NCBI GenBank assembly: GCA_963847445.1
Contig: CAWJZV010000007.1
Location: 1 to 64,000 of the forward strand
Length of the DNA: 64,000 nt
From: an uncultured delta proteobacterium
GTDB lineage: Bacteria > Desulfobacterota > Binatia > UBA9968
Direction of reading: 5' to 3'
The notes beneath the pieces were generated by a model. That model made no database searches. It saw only the letters and a program-made list of their open reading frames with translations, and was not told the origin of the DNA. Numbering within the stretch: position 1 is the stretch's first letter; every line of letters starts with the position of its first letter. Shown here one piece after another: positions 31,951-42,623 of the stretch. A program made the translations under genes and the position numbers.

Positions 31951-32514
31951 CTAGTTCTTTTTCGCCAAAGTTTTCTGCAAGCGCAGCAGCTTGTTACGGG
32001 AGCGCTCGTCGACGAAAGTGCCGTCGACATGGCGTTCGGGCACGCGCGGCTGGCACTGGTTAACCGGATAGTCCTTGCGCAACGGATGGCCGATGAATTC
32101 GTCGTAGAGCAAAATTCGCCGCAAATCTGGATGATCGCTAAAGCGAATGCCATAGAGATCCCAAACTTCGCGCTCGAGATAGTTGGCGCCGCGCCACAGT
32201 GGCGTCAGCGAATCGACCACCGCGTCGCTTTCCGGCACACCGACGCGCACGCGCAGGCGGCGGCGTTGCTGGAGCGAGACCAATTGATAGACCACCTCGA
32301 AGCGCGGCTCCTGCTTTTGCCAATAATCAACCGCCGTGATGTCGGAGAGAAAATTGAAACTGAGAGCAGGATCTTCCTTGAGCAAGCGAAAGCTCTCTCG
32401 CAAACCGGCACGATCCAAGGCGACGACCTGGTCTCCCTGGGGTTCGGTCAGGCTGAGTACTTTGGCGCCAAGCCGATCTTGGATATGTTGAAGTTGGGGG
32501 CTCGCTTCAGCCAT
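31951..32514 (-). CDS. nuoC: NADH-quinone oxidoreductase subunit C
   Basis: ITAVDY, RFEVVY, EREVWDLYGI..HPDLRRIL and GHPLRKDYP. Confidence 0.97.
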   Translation of the reverse strand: MAEASPQLQHIQDRLGAKVLSLTEPQGDQVVALDRAGLRESFRLLKEDPALSFNFLSDITAVDYWQKQEPRFEVVYQLVSLQQRRRLRVRVGVPESDAVVDSLTPLWRGANYLEREVWDLYGIRFSDHPDLRRILLYDEFIGHPLRKDYPVNQCQPRVPERHVDGTFVDERSRNKLLRLQKTLAKKN

Positions 32515-32520
32515 GAACGA

Positions 32521-32904
32521 TCAATCCCACTCAAGGGCGCCTTTTTTCCAGACATAAACATAACCGATGGTCAGAATGACCAGGAAGATGCCCATCTGCA
32601 CCAGACCGAAGACCCCCAACTGGCGAAAATAGATCGCCCAGGGATAAAGAAACACGACTTCCAGGTCGAAAATCAGAAACAACATGGCGACCAGGTAGAA
32701 GCGCACCGAGAAACGAATGCGCGCGTCGCCTCGGGGGGGGTTGCCGGATTCGAAGGGTTCGGCTTTGGCGGCATTGGTCGACTTTGGACCGAACAGCGAA
32801 GCAACCGTCAGCAATGCGAGGACAATCACGCTCGCAACCGCGAACATCACCAGCAAGGGCAAAAAAGGATGATTCATGTCATGGGTGCTATTAAAAAAAA
32901 CCAT
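32521..32904 (-). CDS. nuoA: NADH-quinone oxidoreductase subunit A
   Basis: PFESG, FYLVAMLFLIFDLE and WKKGALEW. The true start may be about 32877-32883. Confidence 0.97.
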   Translation of the reverse strand: MVFFNSTHDMNHPFLPLLVMFAVASVIVLALLTVASLFGPKSTNAAKAEPFESGNPPRGDARIRFSVRFYLVAMLFLIFDLEVVFLYPWAIYFRQLGVFGLVQMGIFLVILTIGYVYVWKKGALEWD

Positions 32905-32964
32905 ACCTCCCCGGACCGAAAAGGTATGGATTCTTGCGCGCTATGATCCTTCAATCTAGTGAAT

Positions 32965-32993
32965 TTTGTATTGGAAATGCGCGGAGTTGTCAA
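32965..32993 (-). promoter_or_regulatory. Putative sigma70 promoter of the nuo operon
   Basis: TTGACA, a 17-nt spacer, then TACAAA on the minus strand. Confidence 0.55.
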
Positions 32994-33127
32994 GGTAAAG
33001 TCGGCCTCTGGGGGTTTCAACAAGCGGCGTATTTCGCGCTTGGCGAGAAAACCATTGGCGATTGACGCTAGCCGAGATTCGATGCTAATCATCACAACCG
33101 AATCGCGGTTCAATCTGGAGGTTCTGA

Positions 33128-34138
33128 ATGGCCTATAGATTTTCGGCTAGACTGTGGTTCTGCCTCTTTTGGGTTCTGCTCGTGAACTCGCCGGCGGGGG
33201 CGCAAGCGCTTATCGACGGCGCCAAGAAGGAGGGCCAGGTGGTCTTCTACGCTTCTATGGAAGCTCCATCGGCGCAAAGACTCAGTGGCGCTTTCGAACG
33301 AAAATATCCTTTTCTCAAGGTCGAGGCCACGCGTATCGGCTCGGAGCGCATGGCGACCCGGCTGATCGCCGAAGCCCAAGCGCGCAAGGTCCGCGCCGAC
33401 GTTGTCCATCAGTCGGCATTCGATTTCTACGGAGTTTTACAGAAGGGGCTCTTCGATAGCTACCTTTCCGCCGAGCGCGCCGCGATTCCCGCCGAGTACC
33501 GCGACGACAAGGGGCTGTGGGTGATGGCGTCCGCGACCCTCAATGTCATCGCCTATAACAAGAAAATGGTCAGCGCCGCCGATGCCCCGAAAAGCTTCTG
33601 GGATCTGACTGCCGCCAAGTGGAAAGGCCAGCTGCTCATGGACGACAACGAAAGCAAATGGATGGCCGGAATGATGCAGTACTATGGCGAGGCGAAAACC
33701 GTCGAGCTGTTAAAAATGCTCGCGGCGCAAGATATCCAGTTCCGCACCGGTCATTCTTCGATCCAAACCCTGCTCGCCGCCGGCGAGCGCGCCGCGGTGG
33801 TCGTGGCCTTCGCCAATGGCGTCGACCGTTTGAAAAAGGAGGGCGCACCGATCGAGTGGATCGCGCCCGAACCGGTGATCGGTTTGACCTTCGGCACCGC
33901 CGTCGTCAAGGACGCGCCCCACCCCAACGCCGCGCGGCTGTTCAATGATTTTCTCCTGTCGCGTGAAGGCCAAGAGATCACCGCCGCCGCCGGCTACTTC
34001 GTGCCGCGCACCGATGTGGCTTCGCCAATTCTCAAAGAAACGCCGGCAAAAACCAAAGTCGTGCCTCTCCCCATGACCTTGGCATCACGCTACAACGAAT
34101 ATTTCCAGACCTACCGTAAAATCATGGGGCTAAAATAA
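33128..34138 (+). CDS. Extracellular solute-binding protein (SBP_bac_6)
   Basis: GAKKEGQVVFYAS, IAYNKK and APHPNAARLFNDFLLSREGQ. Paralogous to 12061-13070. Confidence 0.9.
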   Translation: MAYRFSARLWFCLFWVLLVNSPAGAQALIDGAKKEGQVVFYASMEAPSAQRLSGAFERKYPFLKVEATRIGSERMATRLIAEAQARKVRADVVHQSAFDFYGVLQKGLFDSYLSAERAAIPAEYRDDKGLWVMASATLNVIAYNKKMVSAADAPKSFWDLTAAKWKGQLLMDDNESKWMAGMMQYYGEAKTVELLKMLAAQDIQFRTGHSSIQTLLAAGERAAVVVAFANGVDRLKKEGAPIEWIAPEPVIGLTFGTAVVKDAPHPNAARLFNDFLLSREGQEITAAAGYFVPRTDVASPILKETPAKTKVVPLPMTLASRYNEYFQTYRKIMGLK

Positions 34139-34234
34139 AGCGACTACGTATCGAGATGTCATCCTGAGCGAAGCCGAAGGGCCTCGGTATGACAACTGCC
34201 GGCAAGAACATAATCGACACTTTAGGAGACCGAG

Positions 34235-35598
34235 ATGGCTTACCAATCTGAACAAGGCAACTTCACCATCGCCCTCGCCGGCGATACCATGCTCACGCGC
34301 AAATTAACGCCCTTCACCGAGGAGCGTTTTCTCAGACTGCGCGAGATCCTGCGCGGCGCCGACGCCCGCTTCGCCAATCTCGAAGGCACGGTGCACACCT
34401 GGGACGAAGGGACACCGGGGATCACCCAGGGCACGTTCATGACCACGGACCCCAAGCTCCTCGAAGACTTGCAATGGCTCGGCATCAATCTGGTGTCCTG
34501 CGCCAACAACCACGCCTTCGACTACGGCGAAGACGGCGTGCTCGCCAACCTCAAGCATCTCGATGTCGCCGGCATGGTTCACGCCGGCACCGGGAAAAAT
34601 CTCGCCGAAGCGCGCGCGCCCGGTTATCTCGACACGCCCAACGGCCGAGTCGCCTTGGTCGCCACCACCGCGACCTTCAGACCCTGGAACCAAGCCGGCG
34701 AACAGCGCCCTGACTTGCGCGGCCGGCCCGGTATCAATCCGCTTGGGCTTCCAGACCGTCTACTACGTCGACGCCGCGGCCTTCGAACAATTGCAAGCGC
34801 ATCAGCCGCGAACTCGGCTTTGAAAAAAGCACCGAGCGGGCGCGCAAACATTTTTATAGCGACAAGGAACTCGCCAACGCCAACGCCGCCGAGTTGAGTC
34901 TGCTCGGCAATCGTTATGTCTTCGGCGAAGGTTTCTCCATCGCCACCGAAGCCAACCCGCGCGACCTGCAAGATAACTTACGCTGGATCCGCGAAGCGCG
35001 CCGCCAAGCCGACTGGCTCGTCGTCAGCGCTCATTGTCATGAATTTGGCGGCAGCAGTCTGCTGACGGCAAGCACGCGGGCGGAGCTGGAAGAGACCGCC
35101 GACTTCGTCACCAAGTTCGCTCACCAGGCGATCGACGAAGGCGCCGACATTTTCGTCGGCCACGGCTCGCACTTCCCGATGGGTGTGGAAATTTATAAGG
35201 GCAAACCGATCTTTTACAGCGTCGGCAATTTCGTCTTTCAAAACGAAACCGTCGGCTTCTTTCCCGCCGACGCCTACGAGCGCTTCGATCTCGATCTCAA
35301 GGCCACGCCGTCCGACTTCCTCGACGCCCGCACCAACGGCGGCAAAAAAGGCCATCCCAGCGATCCTGCCTATTGGGAAAACATGTTCCCGGTCTGCGAG
35401 TTCAGCAAGCAGAAATTGACCAGCATAAAAATCTACCCCATCGACCAAGGCTTCGGCCGGCCAAGGCCGCAACGCGGCCGCCCCGTGCTCGCCGAAGGCG
35501 AAGTGGCCAATCGGGTGATCGAGCGAGTGGTGCGCCTCTCGAAACGTTATGGGACCAAGGTGATGAATCAAGGCGGTGTTGGCGTGATCGAACCGTAG
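34235..35598 (+). CDS. CapA/PgsA family metallophosphoesterase, frameshifts at about 34750-34800
   Basis: LAGD, ANLEG, ANNHAFDYG, SAHCHE, GHGSH and FYSVGNF, across ORFs 34235 and 34894. Confidence 0.9.
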
Positions 35599-35698
35599 CG
35601 TTGACCGCGGGCATCACGGCGATTCCGCAAACTGAATGCCTGTGGGAAAAAAACCGAGGAAGTTTGCATACGTCGACTAGCAGCAGATTCTTAAATCC

Positions 35699-35781
35699 GT
35701 CATTCCGGCGCAGGCCGGAATCCAGGCTTTCTTAGACTTGCAGCACAAGCGAAGATGGATGCCGGCCTGCGCCGGCATGAC
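35699..35781. repeat. REP-like inverted pair between convergent genes
   Basis: GTCATTCCGGCGCAGGCCGGAATCCA ... TGGATGCCGGCCTGCGCCGGCATGAC. Confidence 0.85.
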
Positions 35782-35838
35782 AAGTCTTCAAATACCCTTA
35801 ACGCGAGGGATTCCAACCAGCCGCAGCAGTGGAGTTTC

Positions 35839-36856
35839 CTATTCCGCCATGATTTCCTTCACCCGTTTGACGACATCGGCGGGTTGAGTGACGGTGGCAA
35901 TGATTTTTTTTTGCAGTTGGTCGCCGCTCAGGAACGTCGTGCCGTCCCAGTCGAGCAGTTTTTTCGCCTCGGCGGCAAACTCGCTATCCTTCAACATCCG
36001 CTCGAAGCTGTCGCGCAGAATCTGCACGCGCTCCTTGGGCACACCCGGCGGTGCCGCGAAGGGGCGGTCGAACTCGGTGTAAGCGAGCATGACATTCATT
36101 AAGTTTAAATAAGGCTTAGCCTCGGGGCGCGCGAGTTCCGCCACGCGTGGGCACCGGCGGCAATAACGGGCTTTTCTCCGGCCCTTGCTGGACGATAAAA
36201 GTGACATAGTTTTCTTTTATCCAACGATTCCACGGCGCGCGAATCACCGTGACATCGGAAGTCGCCCGGCAATCTATCTCGCCCCGTTCCAAGCCGAGAT
36301 CGGTGTCGCGGCCGCCCTGAAATCCGGTGACGTTTTTCAACTTGATATCGAGCAGCCGCTCCATCAAGTTGGCGAATATATAGCTGATGCTGCCGGTGCC
36401 CGATTGGCCGAAGCGCGGTGGGGTTTTCGCCGCGCGGATCGCCGCGATGCTTTTGTATTCCGTGTCCGAACGGCAAGCCGCCATCATCGGCGCTTTGTTG
36501 AAGCTGCCGATCCAATTGAATTTTCGAAAGTCCGCCTTAGCCTCGGGCCGGCCGATGATTTGCTCCATGTAGTTGGCCCGGCTCACCGCCAATATCGTCA
36601 AGCCATCCGGCTTGGCGACATTGTAGAGATAGTTGGCCGCGATCAACCCGCCGGCGCCCGACATATTGCGCACGACGACGCCGGGATTTCCCGGCATATG
36701 TTTTCCCAGATAACGGCCCACCAAACGGGCACCGAAGTCGGTGGTCGCGCCGGGTCCGCTCGCCACCAGCAATTGAATCGTTTTGCCCTCATAGAATTGT
36801 TCCGCTGAATGAACGTCACCGGGGCAGGTCATCAGCAGAACTCCCCAAAACATCAA
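35839..36856 (-). CDS. Tripartite tricarboxylate transporter substrate-binding protein (TctC/Bug-like), frameshift near 36150
   Basis: FYEGKTIQLLV, GKHMPGNP, GAGGLIAANY, KPDGL and RPFAAPPGVP. Confidence 0.85.
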
Positions 36857-37016
36857 TCTCAGCAGGAAATTCTTTATGCAGGACGAGGAGAGCGAATGCG
36901 ATACCCATCGTCCGCTCAGCCACGCGTAAGTCTGTCCGCATAGGCAATCACAGAATCAATCTCCTCACGCATTCAATCGGCAATTTGAAATCTGAAATAC
37001 GCCGCGTCCCGCGGCG

Positions 37017-38485
37017 TCACAGCCCCTGGGCCGCGGCATTTCTTCCAGCCAGCCGCGAGAAAACCACATTGCGCGTCTGACCGGTGCAGGACGGATAGTT
37101 GTGAAAAAACAAACCGACGATGTCGCCGGAAGCGAATAGGCCGCGGATCGGATTGTTCGAGGTGTTGAGCACCTGGGCCTGGGTGTTGATCTGCAAGCCG
37201 CCGAAGGTGAACGTCACGCCGCCGGTAATCGCGTAGGCGAAGTAGGGCGGCTTGTCGAGGGTATCGGCCCAGTGGGATTTTTTCGGCGTGATGCCCTCGG
37301 TGCAGCGGCCGTCCAGTTTGGTCGCGTCGAACGGGATGTCTTTGCGGATCGCGCCGTTGAACTCGTCGATGGTCCGCTTGAGAATCATCGGCTCGATGCT
37401 GATTTTCTGCGCCAACTCTTCGATCGTGTGCGCTTCGATGGGATGGGAAAATTCGTAGTAGCGCTGGTTCAAAAGCCCCAACGCCTTCTGATCGTAGATT
37501 TGGTAGGCGATGGCACCCGGCTGCCCAAGCACCGCCCAACCGGTCTTGGCGTAGGTGTAGGAATGGCGCGCTTCGCCCTCGTCGAAAAAGCGCTGGCCGA
37601 GAGAATTGACGGTGATGCCGTAGGTGTAGCCGTAGCGATTGGCCTTGTTGCTGATTTCGACATCGGGAAAGGTCGCGTCGATCGGCGTCGCATGGGCGCC
37701 CTGCCAATGGCCCGCGGTTTTGGCGCCCATGTCGATCGCCATCATCAGCACTTCGCCGGTATCATGCTTGCTGCCGCGCACCTTCATCAGGTCGGCGTTG
37801 GGGCCGAGATAGCGCGCCCGCTTCTCCGCGCTCGCCTGAAATCCGCCGGCGCACAGAATCACCGAGTTGGCGCGAATTTCATACTCTTCATTGGGATCGG
37901 AGACACGCACACCCTCGATTCGCCGGTCGTTGCCGAGCAGCGCCGCAACCCGCGACTCGTAGCGCAGCTCGATGCCCATCTTGGTGGCGATCTCGCGCCA
38001 CTGCATGAGTTGATCCAGTCCGCCCTCAACGCCGCCGCGCGGATGGATCACCATCCCCGGTTCGAAGTAATATTTCCCGTCGATGATCACATAGCTGTCG
38101 ATGTCCCATTTGATGCCGACTTCGCGCATCCAATGGATCGCCGCGGTGGACTGTGTCACCAAGACCTCGGACAGTTCTTTGCTGATCCGTCCCTTGGTCA
38201 CCCGCTGCAGGTCGGCGTGAAACTGTTCCGCGGTGTAGGCTGGGATATGCAGCTTGGCGAAGAGCTCGTCGTCCATGTCCGGCAGGAACTTGCGTATCTC
38301 TTCGGGGCCGGAAAACACCCAGCGAAAACCGGTGTGCGAATAGCGCGCGTTGCCGCCAAACTCCGGCTCCGGCGCTTTCTCCAGCATCACGACTTGCGGC
38401 GCGCCGGCTTGCTTGGCCGCCACCGCCGCCTCAAAGGCGGCGCTGCCGCCGCCGACAACTACAACGGGATATTTTCAGTTCTCAC
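37017..38485 (-). CDS. FAD-dependent oxidoreductase, tricarballylate dehydrogenase TcuA-like, copy B
   Basis: VVVVGGGSAAFEAA, GGNARYS, ILCAGGFQA, GQRFFDEG, TFTFGGL and GLFFHNYP. GGAGG site and GTG at 38485, with an indel after codon 6. Confidence 0.85.
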
Positions 38486-38595
38486 GATTGCACCTCCATT
38501 CGGTGGAGCGCAGCGACACCCATCAAACCAACGCTCCCGAGAATTCTGGAATTTGGAATCTGTAATATGGAATTCGTGACGCCGCCCCCGCGGCG

Positions 38596-40064
38596 TCACA
38601 GCCCCTGCGCCGCCGCATTTCTGCCCGCCAAACGCGAGAACACCACGTTGCGCGTCTGTCCCGGTGCACGACGGATAATTGTGAAAGAACAAGCCGACGA
38701 TATCGCCGGAGGCGAACAGGCCGCGGATCGGATTACTCGAAGTATTTAACACCTGCGCCTGCGTATTGATCTGCAAGCCGCCGAAGGTAAAGGTCACCCC
38801 GCCGGTTATCGAAAACGCCCAGTAGGGCGGCTTGTCGATTGGACTAGCCCAGTTGGATTTTTTCGGCGTGATGCCTTCGGTGCATTTGCCGTCCAGTTTA
38901 GTCGCGTCGAAGACGACATCCTTGCGCGCCGCGTTGTTGAATTCCGTAACCGTGTGCTTGAGCACGGTGGGCTCGATGCCGATTTTGCCGGCCAGCTCGT
39001 CAATTGATTTCGCTTCTATGGGCGTGGAGAACTCGTAACGGTTGCCAAGCAGCGGAATCGTCTTCTGATCGTAGATTTGATACGCCAACGCGCCGGGTTG
39101 GCCGAGCACGGCCCAACCGGTCTTAGCGTAAGTATATGAATGGCGCGCTTCGCCTTCGTCGAAAAAGCGCTGTCCCAAAGTATTGACGGTGATGCTGTAC
39201 GGATAACCGTAACGATTGGCTTTGCTGCCGATCTCCACGTCGGGATAGGTCGAATCGATCGGCGTCGCGTGGGCGCCTTGCCAATGGCCGGCCGCCTTGG
39301 CGCCCATGGCCAAGGTCATCATCAGCACTTCGCCGGTGTCGTGCCGGCTGCCGCGCACCTTCATCAGATCGGCGTTGGGCGCCAAGATAGCGCGCGCGCA
39401 TTTCCGCATTCGCCTGAAAGCCGCCGGCGCAAAGAACGATTGACCCGCTTTTGATTTCGTATTCTTCGTTGGGATCGGAGACCACGACGCCTTCGATATG
39501 CCGGTCGTTGCCGAGTAACGCTTTGACCCGCGACTCGTAGCGCAGCTCGACGCCCATGCCCAGGGCGATCTCGCGCCATTGCCTAATTGGCCCAGTCCGC
39601 CGCCGACGCCGCCGACCGGATGGATCACCAATCCCGGCTCGAAATAATAACGGCCGTCGATCACCACGTGACTATCGATCTCCCACTTGATGCCCAACTC
39701 GCGCATCCAATGAATCGCCGCGTTGGACTGGCTCACCAGCACGTCGGCTAAAGTTCCTGATCGATGCGGCCGCGCGTGACCCGCTGCAAATCGGCGTGAA
39801 ACAGTTCCGCGGAATAGGCCGGCAAGTTGAGTTTCGCAAACATCGCGTCGTCGACATCCGGCAGAAACTGGCGGATCTCATCGGCGCCGGAAAACACCCA
39901 GCGAAAGCCGGTGTGCGAATAGCGCGCGTTGCCGCCGAACTCCGGCTCCGGCGCTTTTTCCAACATCACGACTTTCGGCGCGCCGGCTTGCTTGGCCGCC
40001 ACCGCCGCTTCAAAGGCGGCGCTGCCGCCGCCGACAACTACCACGGGATGTTTTCCGTTCTCAC
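38596..40064 (-). CDS. FAD-dependent oxidoreductase, TcuA-like, copy A, several frameshifts
   Basis: Same motifs as copy B, spread over ORFs 39748-40071, 39123-39557 and 38459-39742. The corrected end is ...AAAQGL* at 38596. Confidence 0.85.
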
Positions 40065-40113
40065 GGTGCAAAATTCTCCATCTTCGATGTCAATTATTAT
40101 AGCGAGTGAATGA

Positions 40114-41129
40114 TCAATTCTTTTTATACAAGCCCTGAATGAACCCGGAACTTTCGAGCTTGTTCATGAACGAGTTGTCGATGAGCGTCTCGACGCGCAC
40201 GTCGGCGATCTTTGGGTTGAGCTGGATTAAGAGCTTTTGCAGCCGCTTCATTCCCTCGACGCTGGTGTGCGGCGCGCGCTCATAGTTGGTGATCACGGCT
40301 TGATAGGATTCCTCGACATCGGCCGGATTGCTCAAACGCAGGTTAGTTGCCAAGAGCCGGTTCACGAGTTCCTTGTTCGCCGGATCGTTGATCATCGCGA
40401 TCGCCTCGATCGTGGCTTTCAAATGGCCTTCGATCACCTGCGGCTTTGTCGCCGCCGCGCGCCGCGTCGTCACCATCATGTTCTGCGGCAGGGTCACGCC
40501 GGCGGACTTCAAGTTATAAAGCAAGGTATAACCTTTGTTGGCGTAGACCTCGCCCATCGCGCCTCTTAGCGTGGTGGCATCGACACTGCCGCTCTCGAGG
40601 GCCAAGCGCCGGTTCATTTCGGTCCCCGGTATCGTCAGAAAAGAAATCTTCGCTTGAACCGGATCGAGTTGAGTCCTTGAAGCGCCAACATCGACACCAG
40701 ATGCGACGTTGATCCTGGACCGCTGACCGCGATCCGTTTGCCACGAAGGTCCTCCGGCTTCTTGATGTCGGGGCGCGTGTTAAGGCGAAAATCCAGTTTC
40801 TGATTGAAGTTGGCGATGCCGGCGAGCTCCGCGCCGCTCAGACCGGCGTTGACGAGATGGCCGGGACCGATGATCGCCGCGTCAATTTCACCCGCAAGCA
40901 AAGCTGCGATGGCCAAGGGATTGCGCGGCATGAGTATGAACTGCATGTCGACGCCATATTTTTTGAACAAGCCGCGTTCGCGCGCCACCCAGACATGAGT
41001 CATGCTTTCGCTGGTCACGCTGGAGGACAGATATGATTTAGGTCTGACCGGTCGAAGGACTCGGCAGGCAAAGGACCAGCGAGAGGATAACGAACATAGC
41101 ACACGCGCCATACAACCTTCGGCGGCCAT
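40114..41129 (-). CDS. ABC transporter substrate-binding protein, NMT1/SsuA family, frameshifted
   Basis: WVARERGLFKKYGVD, DLRGKRIAVSGPGS, ALESGSVDAT and KLESSGFI. Confidence 0.85.
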
Positions 41130-41246
41130 GAGGCAAAGTGATTCTCGTCATCGCGCTGACCCCGTTTGTTTCGCCCTTGGGTCGGCGAGAGTATCGTCCT
41201 CGCCGGCCCAATCAAGGATACGAGAAGCGGCTATCGTTTCGGCTAA

Positions 41247-41639
41247 CTAGTCGCTCTTTTTCTCGCCCAGCGGCACGACATTTTGAAAGCCATGCTCGGA
41301 GATGTCGAAATAATTGCCATCGGGATCGGAGCCGCGGGTCTCGGCATAGGGACGGCCGTTGGGACGGCCTTTCGGCAATTTGTTGGGATTGACCTTTTTC
41401 ATTCGGTCGACGATCTTCTCGCCGCTCTCCACTTCGAAGCCGAAATGGTACAGGCCGTTGGGCGCGTTCTGTTCATGGTTGGGCAGGATCGCTAGATTGA
41501 AATACCCGTCGGTCAGGAAAATCGCGCCGCCTTCGTTTTTTTCCTTGTGCAGCATCTGCATCTCGAAGACGTCCATGTAAAACGTCGCGAGCTTGCCGGT
41601 ATCTTCCGTGCGAATGGCCAAATGTTTGATCTTAGGCAT
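41247..41639 (-). CDS. VOC family protein, copy B
   Basis: KHLAI, GLYHFGFEV and DPDGNYFDISEHG. Confidence 0.9.
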   Translation of the reverse strand: MPKIKHLAIRTEDTGKLATFYMDVFEMQMLHKEKNEGGAIFLTDGYFNLAILPNHEQNAPNGLYHFGFEVESGEKIVDRMKKVNPNKLPKGRPNGRPYAETRGSDPDGNYFDISEHGFQNVVPLGEKKSD

Positions 41640-41675
41640 ATTGTCCTCCTTGGATTGAAAATTCTGGGACGACAG

Positions 41676-42068
41676 TTAATTATCTTCCTTGCCGCCCACC
41701 GGTTGGACGACTTGAAAGCCATGCTCGGAAATATCGAAATAGTTGCCGTCAATATCCGAAGTGCGTGTTTCGGCATAGGGCCGGCCATTGGGGCGCTGTT
41801 TAGGCATCTTGTTGGGATTGAACTTTTTTAGCCGTTCGACGATCTTCTCGCCGTTCTCCACTTCGAAACCGAAATGGTACAGCCCGTTGGGCGACTGTTG
41901 CTCGTTGTTCGGCAGGATCGCGAGATTGAAATAGCCGTCGGTCAAGTAAACCGCGCCGCCTTCTTGTTTGTCTTTGTGCAGAACCTCCATCTCGAAAACG
42001 TCCATGTAAAACGTTGCGAGCTTGCCGGTATCTTCGGTTCGAATCGCCAGATGACGTAGTTTTGGCAT
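41676..42068 (-). CDS. VOC family protein, copy A
   Basis: Same 130-aa length as copy B and about 80% identical by manual count (26 differences). Confidence 0.9.
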   Translation of the reverse strand: MPKLRHLAIRTEDTGKLATFYMDVFEMEVLHKDKQEGGAVYLTDGYFNLAILPNNEQQSPNGLYHFGFEVENGEKIVERLKKFNPNKMPKQRPNGRPYAETRTSDIDGNYFDISEHGFQVVQPVGGKEDN

Positions 42069-42104
42069 TTATTACTCCTAGGAAAAGTTTGTAAACGTAG
42101 AGAT

Positions 42105-42460
42105 TTATTTTGCGGCTTCGGCACGAGTGATGCCAATGCCGAACGGTTCGGAACGATTGCCGAACAACACCAACGGTTCGGTCCCCTTATTGATTAATTG
42201 GTAATATTCTTTGGCTGGGAAAAAGACGATGTCATCCTTCTTCGCCACCCGCTCGCCGCCCTTGATATCTTTAATCGAGCACTCCCCCTGCACCACCAGA
42301 AACGTCTCCGGATTCTGATGGAAATGCATCGGCGTGTCGTCGCCCGGCTCGAAGTAAAGCATCCACGAGCGAAAATTATCCGTGCCAAAAAAATGGTTAT
42401 TTTTGATCTTGCCTGCGCGCGCGGCTCGTCGATCTTCTGCCCCAGATTAATGCATTCCAT
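42105..42460 (-). CDS. Cupin_2 domain protein, frameshifted
   Basis: FEPGDDTPMHFHQNPETFLVVQG. ATG at 42460 with an AGGAGG site. Confidence 0.8.
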
Positions 42461-42546
42461 AGCGCCCTCCTGAACCCGATTTTTCAGGTGGACCGAACCT
42501 ATCGCGGCGCGGGTTCGCTTGTCAATTGGCGAGGTAAGAATGGCAG

Positions 42547-42614
42547 CGGAGTAATGGAGTGCTGGAGTATTGGAGGTCCGGATTACCCACCACTCCATCA
42601 CTCCAATACTCCAA
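42547..42614. repeat. Tandem-inverted TGGAGT/ACTCCA element
   Basis: GGAGTAATGGAGTGCTGGAGTATTGGA ... CACTCCATCACTCCAATACTCCAA. Confidence 0.85.
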
Positions 42615-42623
42615 CGAATCCGT

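Noticed and set aside
38471-38485. In-frame TGA near the start of TcuA-like copy B read as selenocysteine
   Set aside because: The synonymous-change pattern shows this stretch is read in the GTG AGA ACT GAA frame, so the TGA is out of frame.
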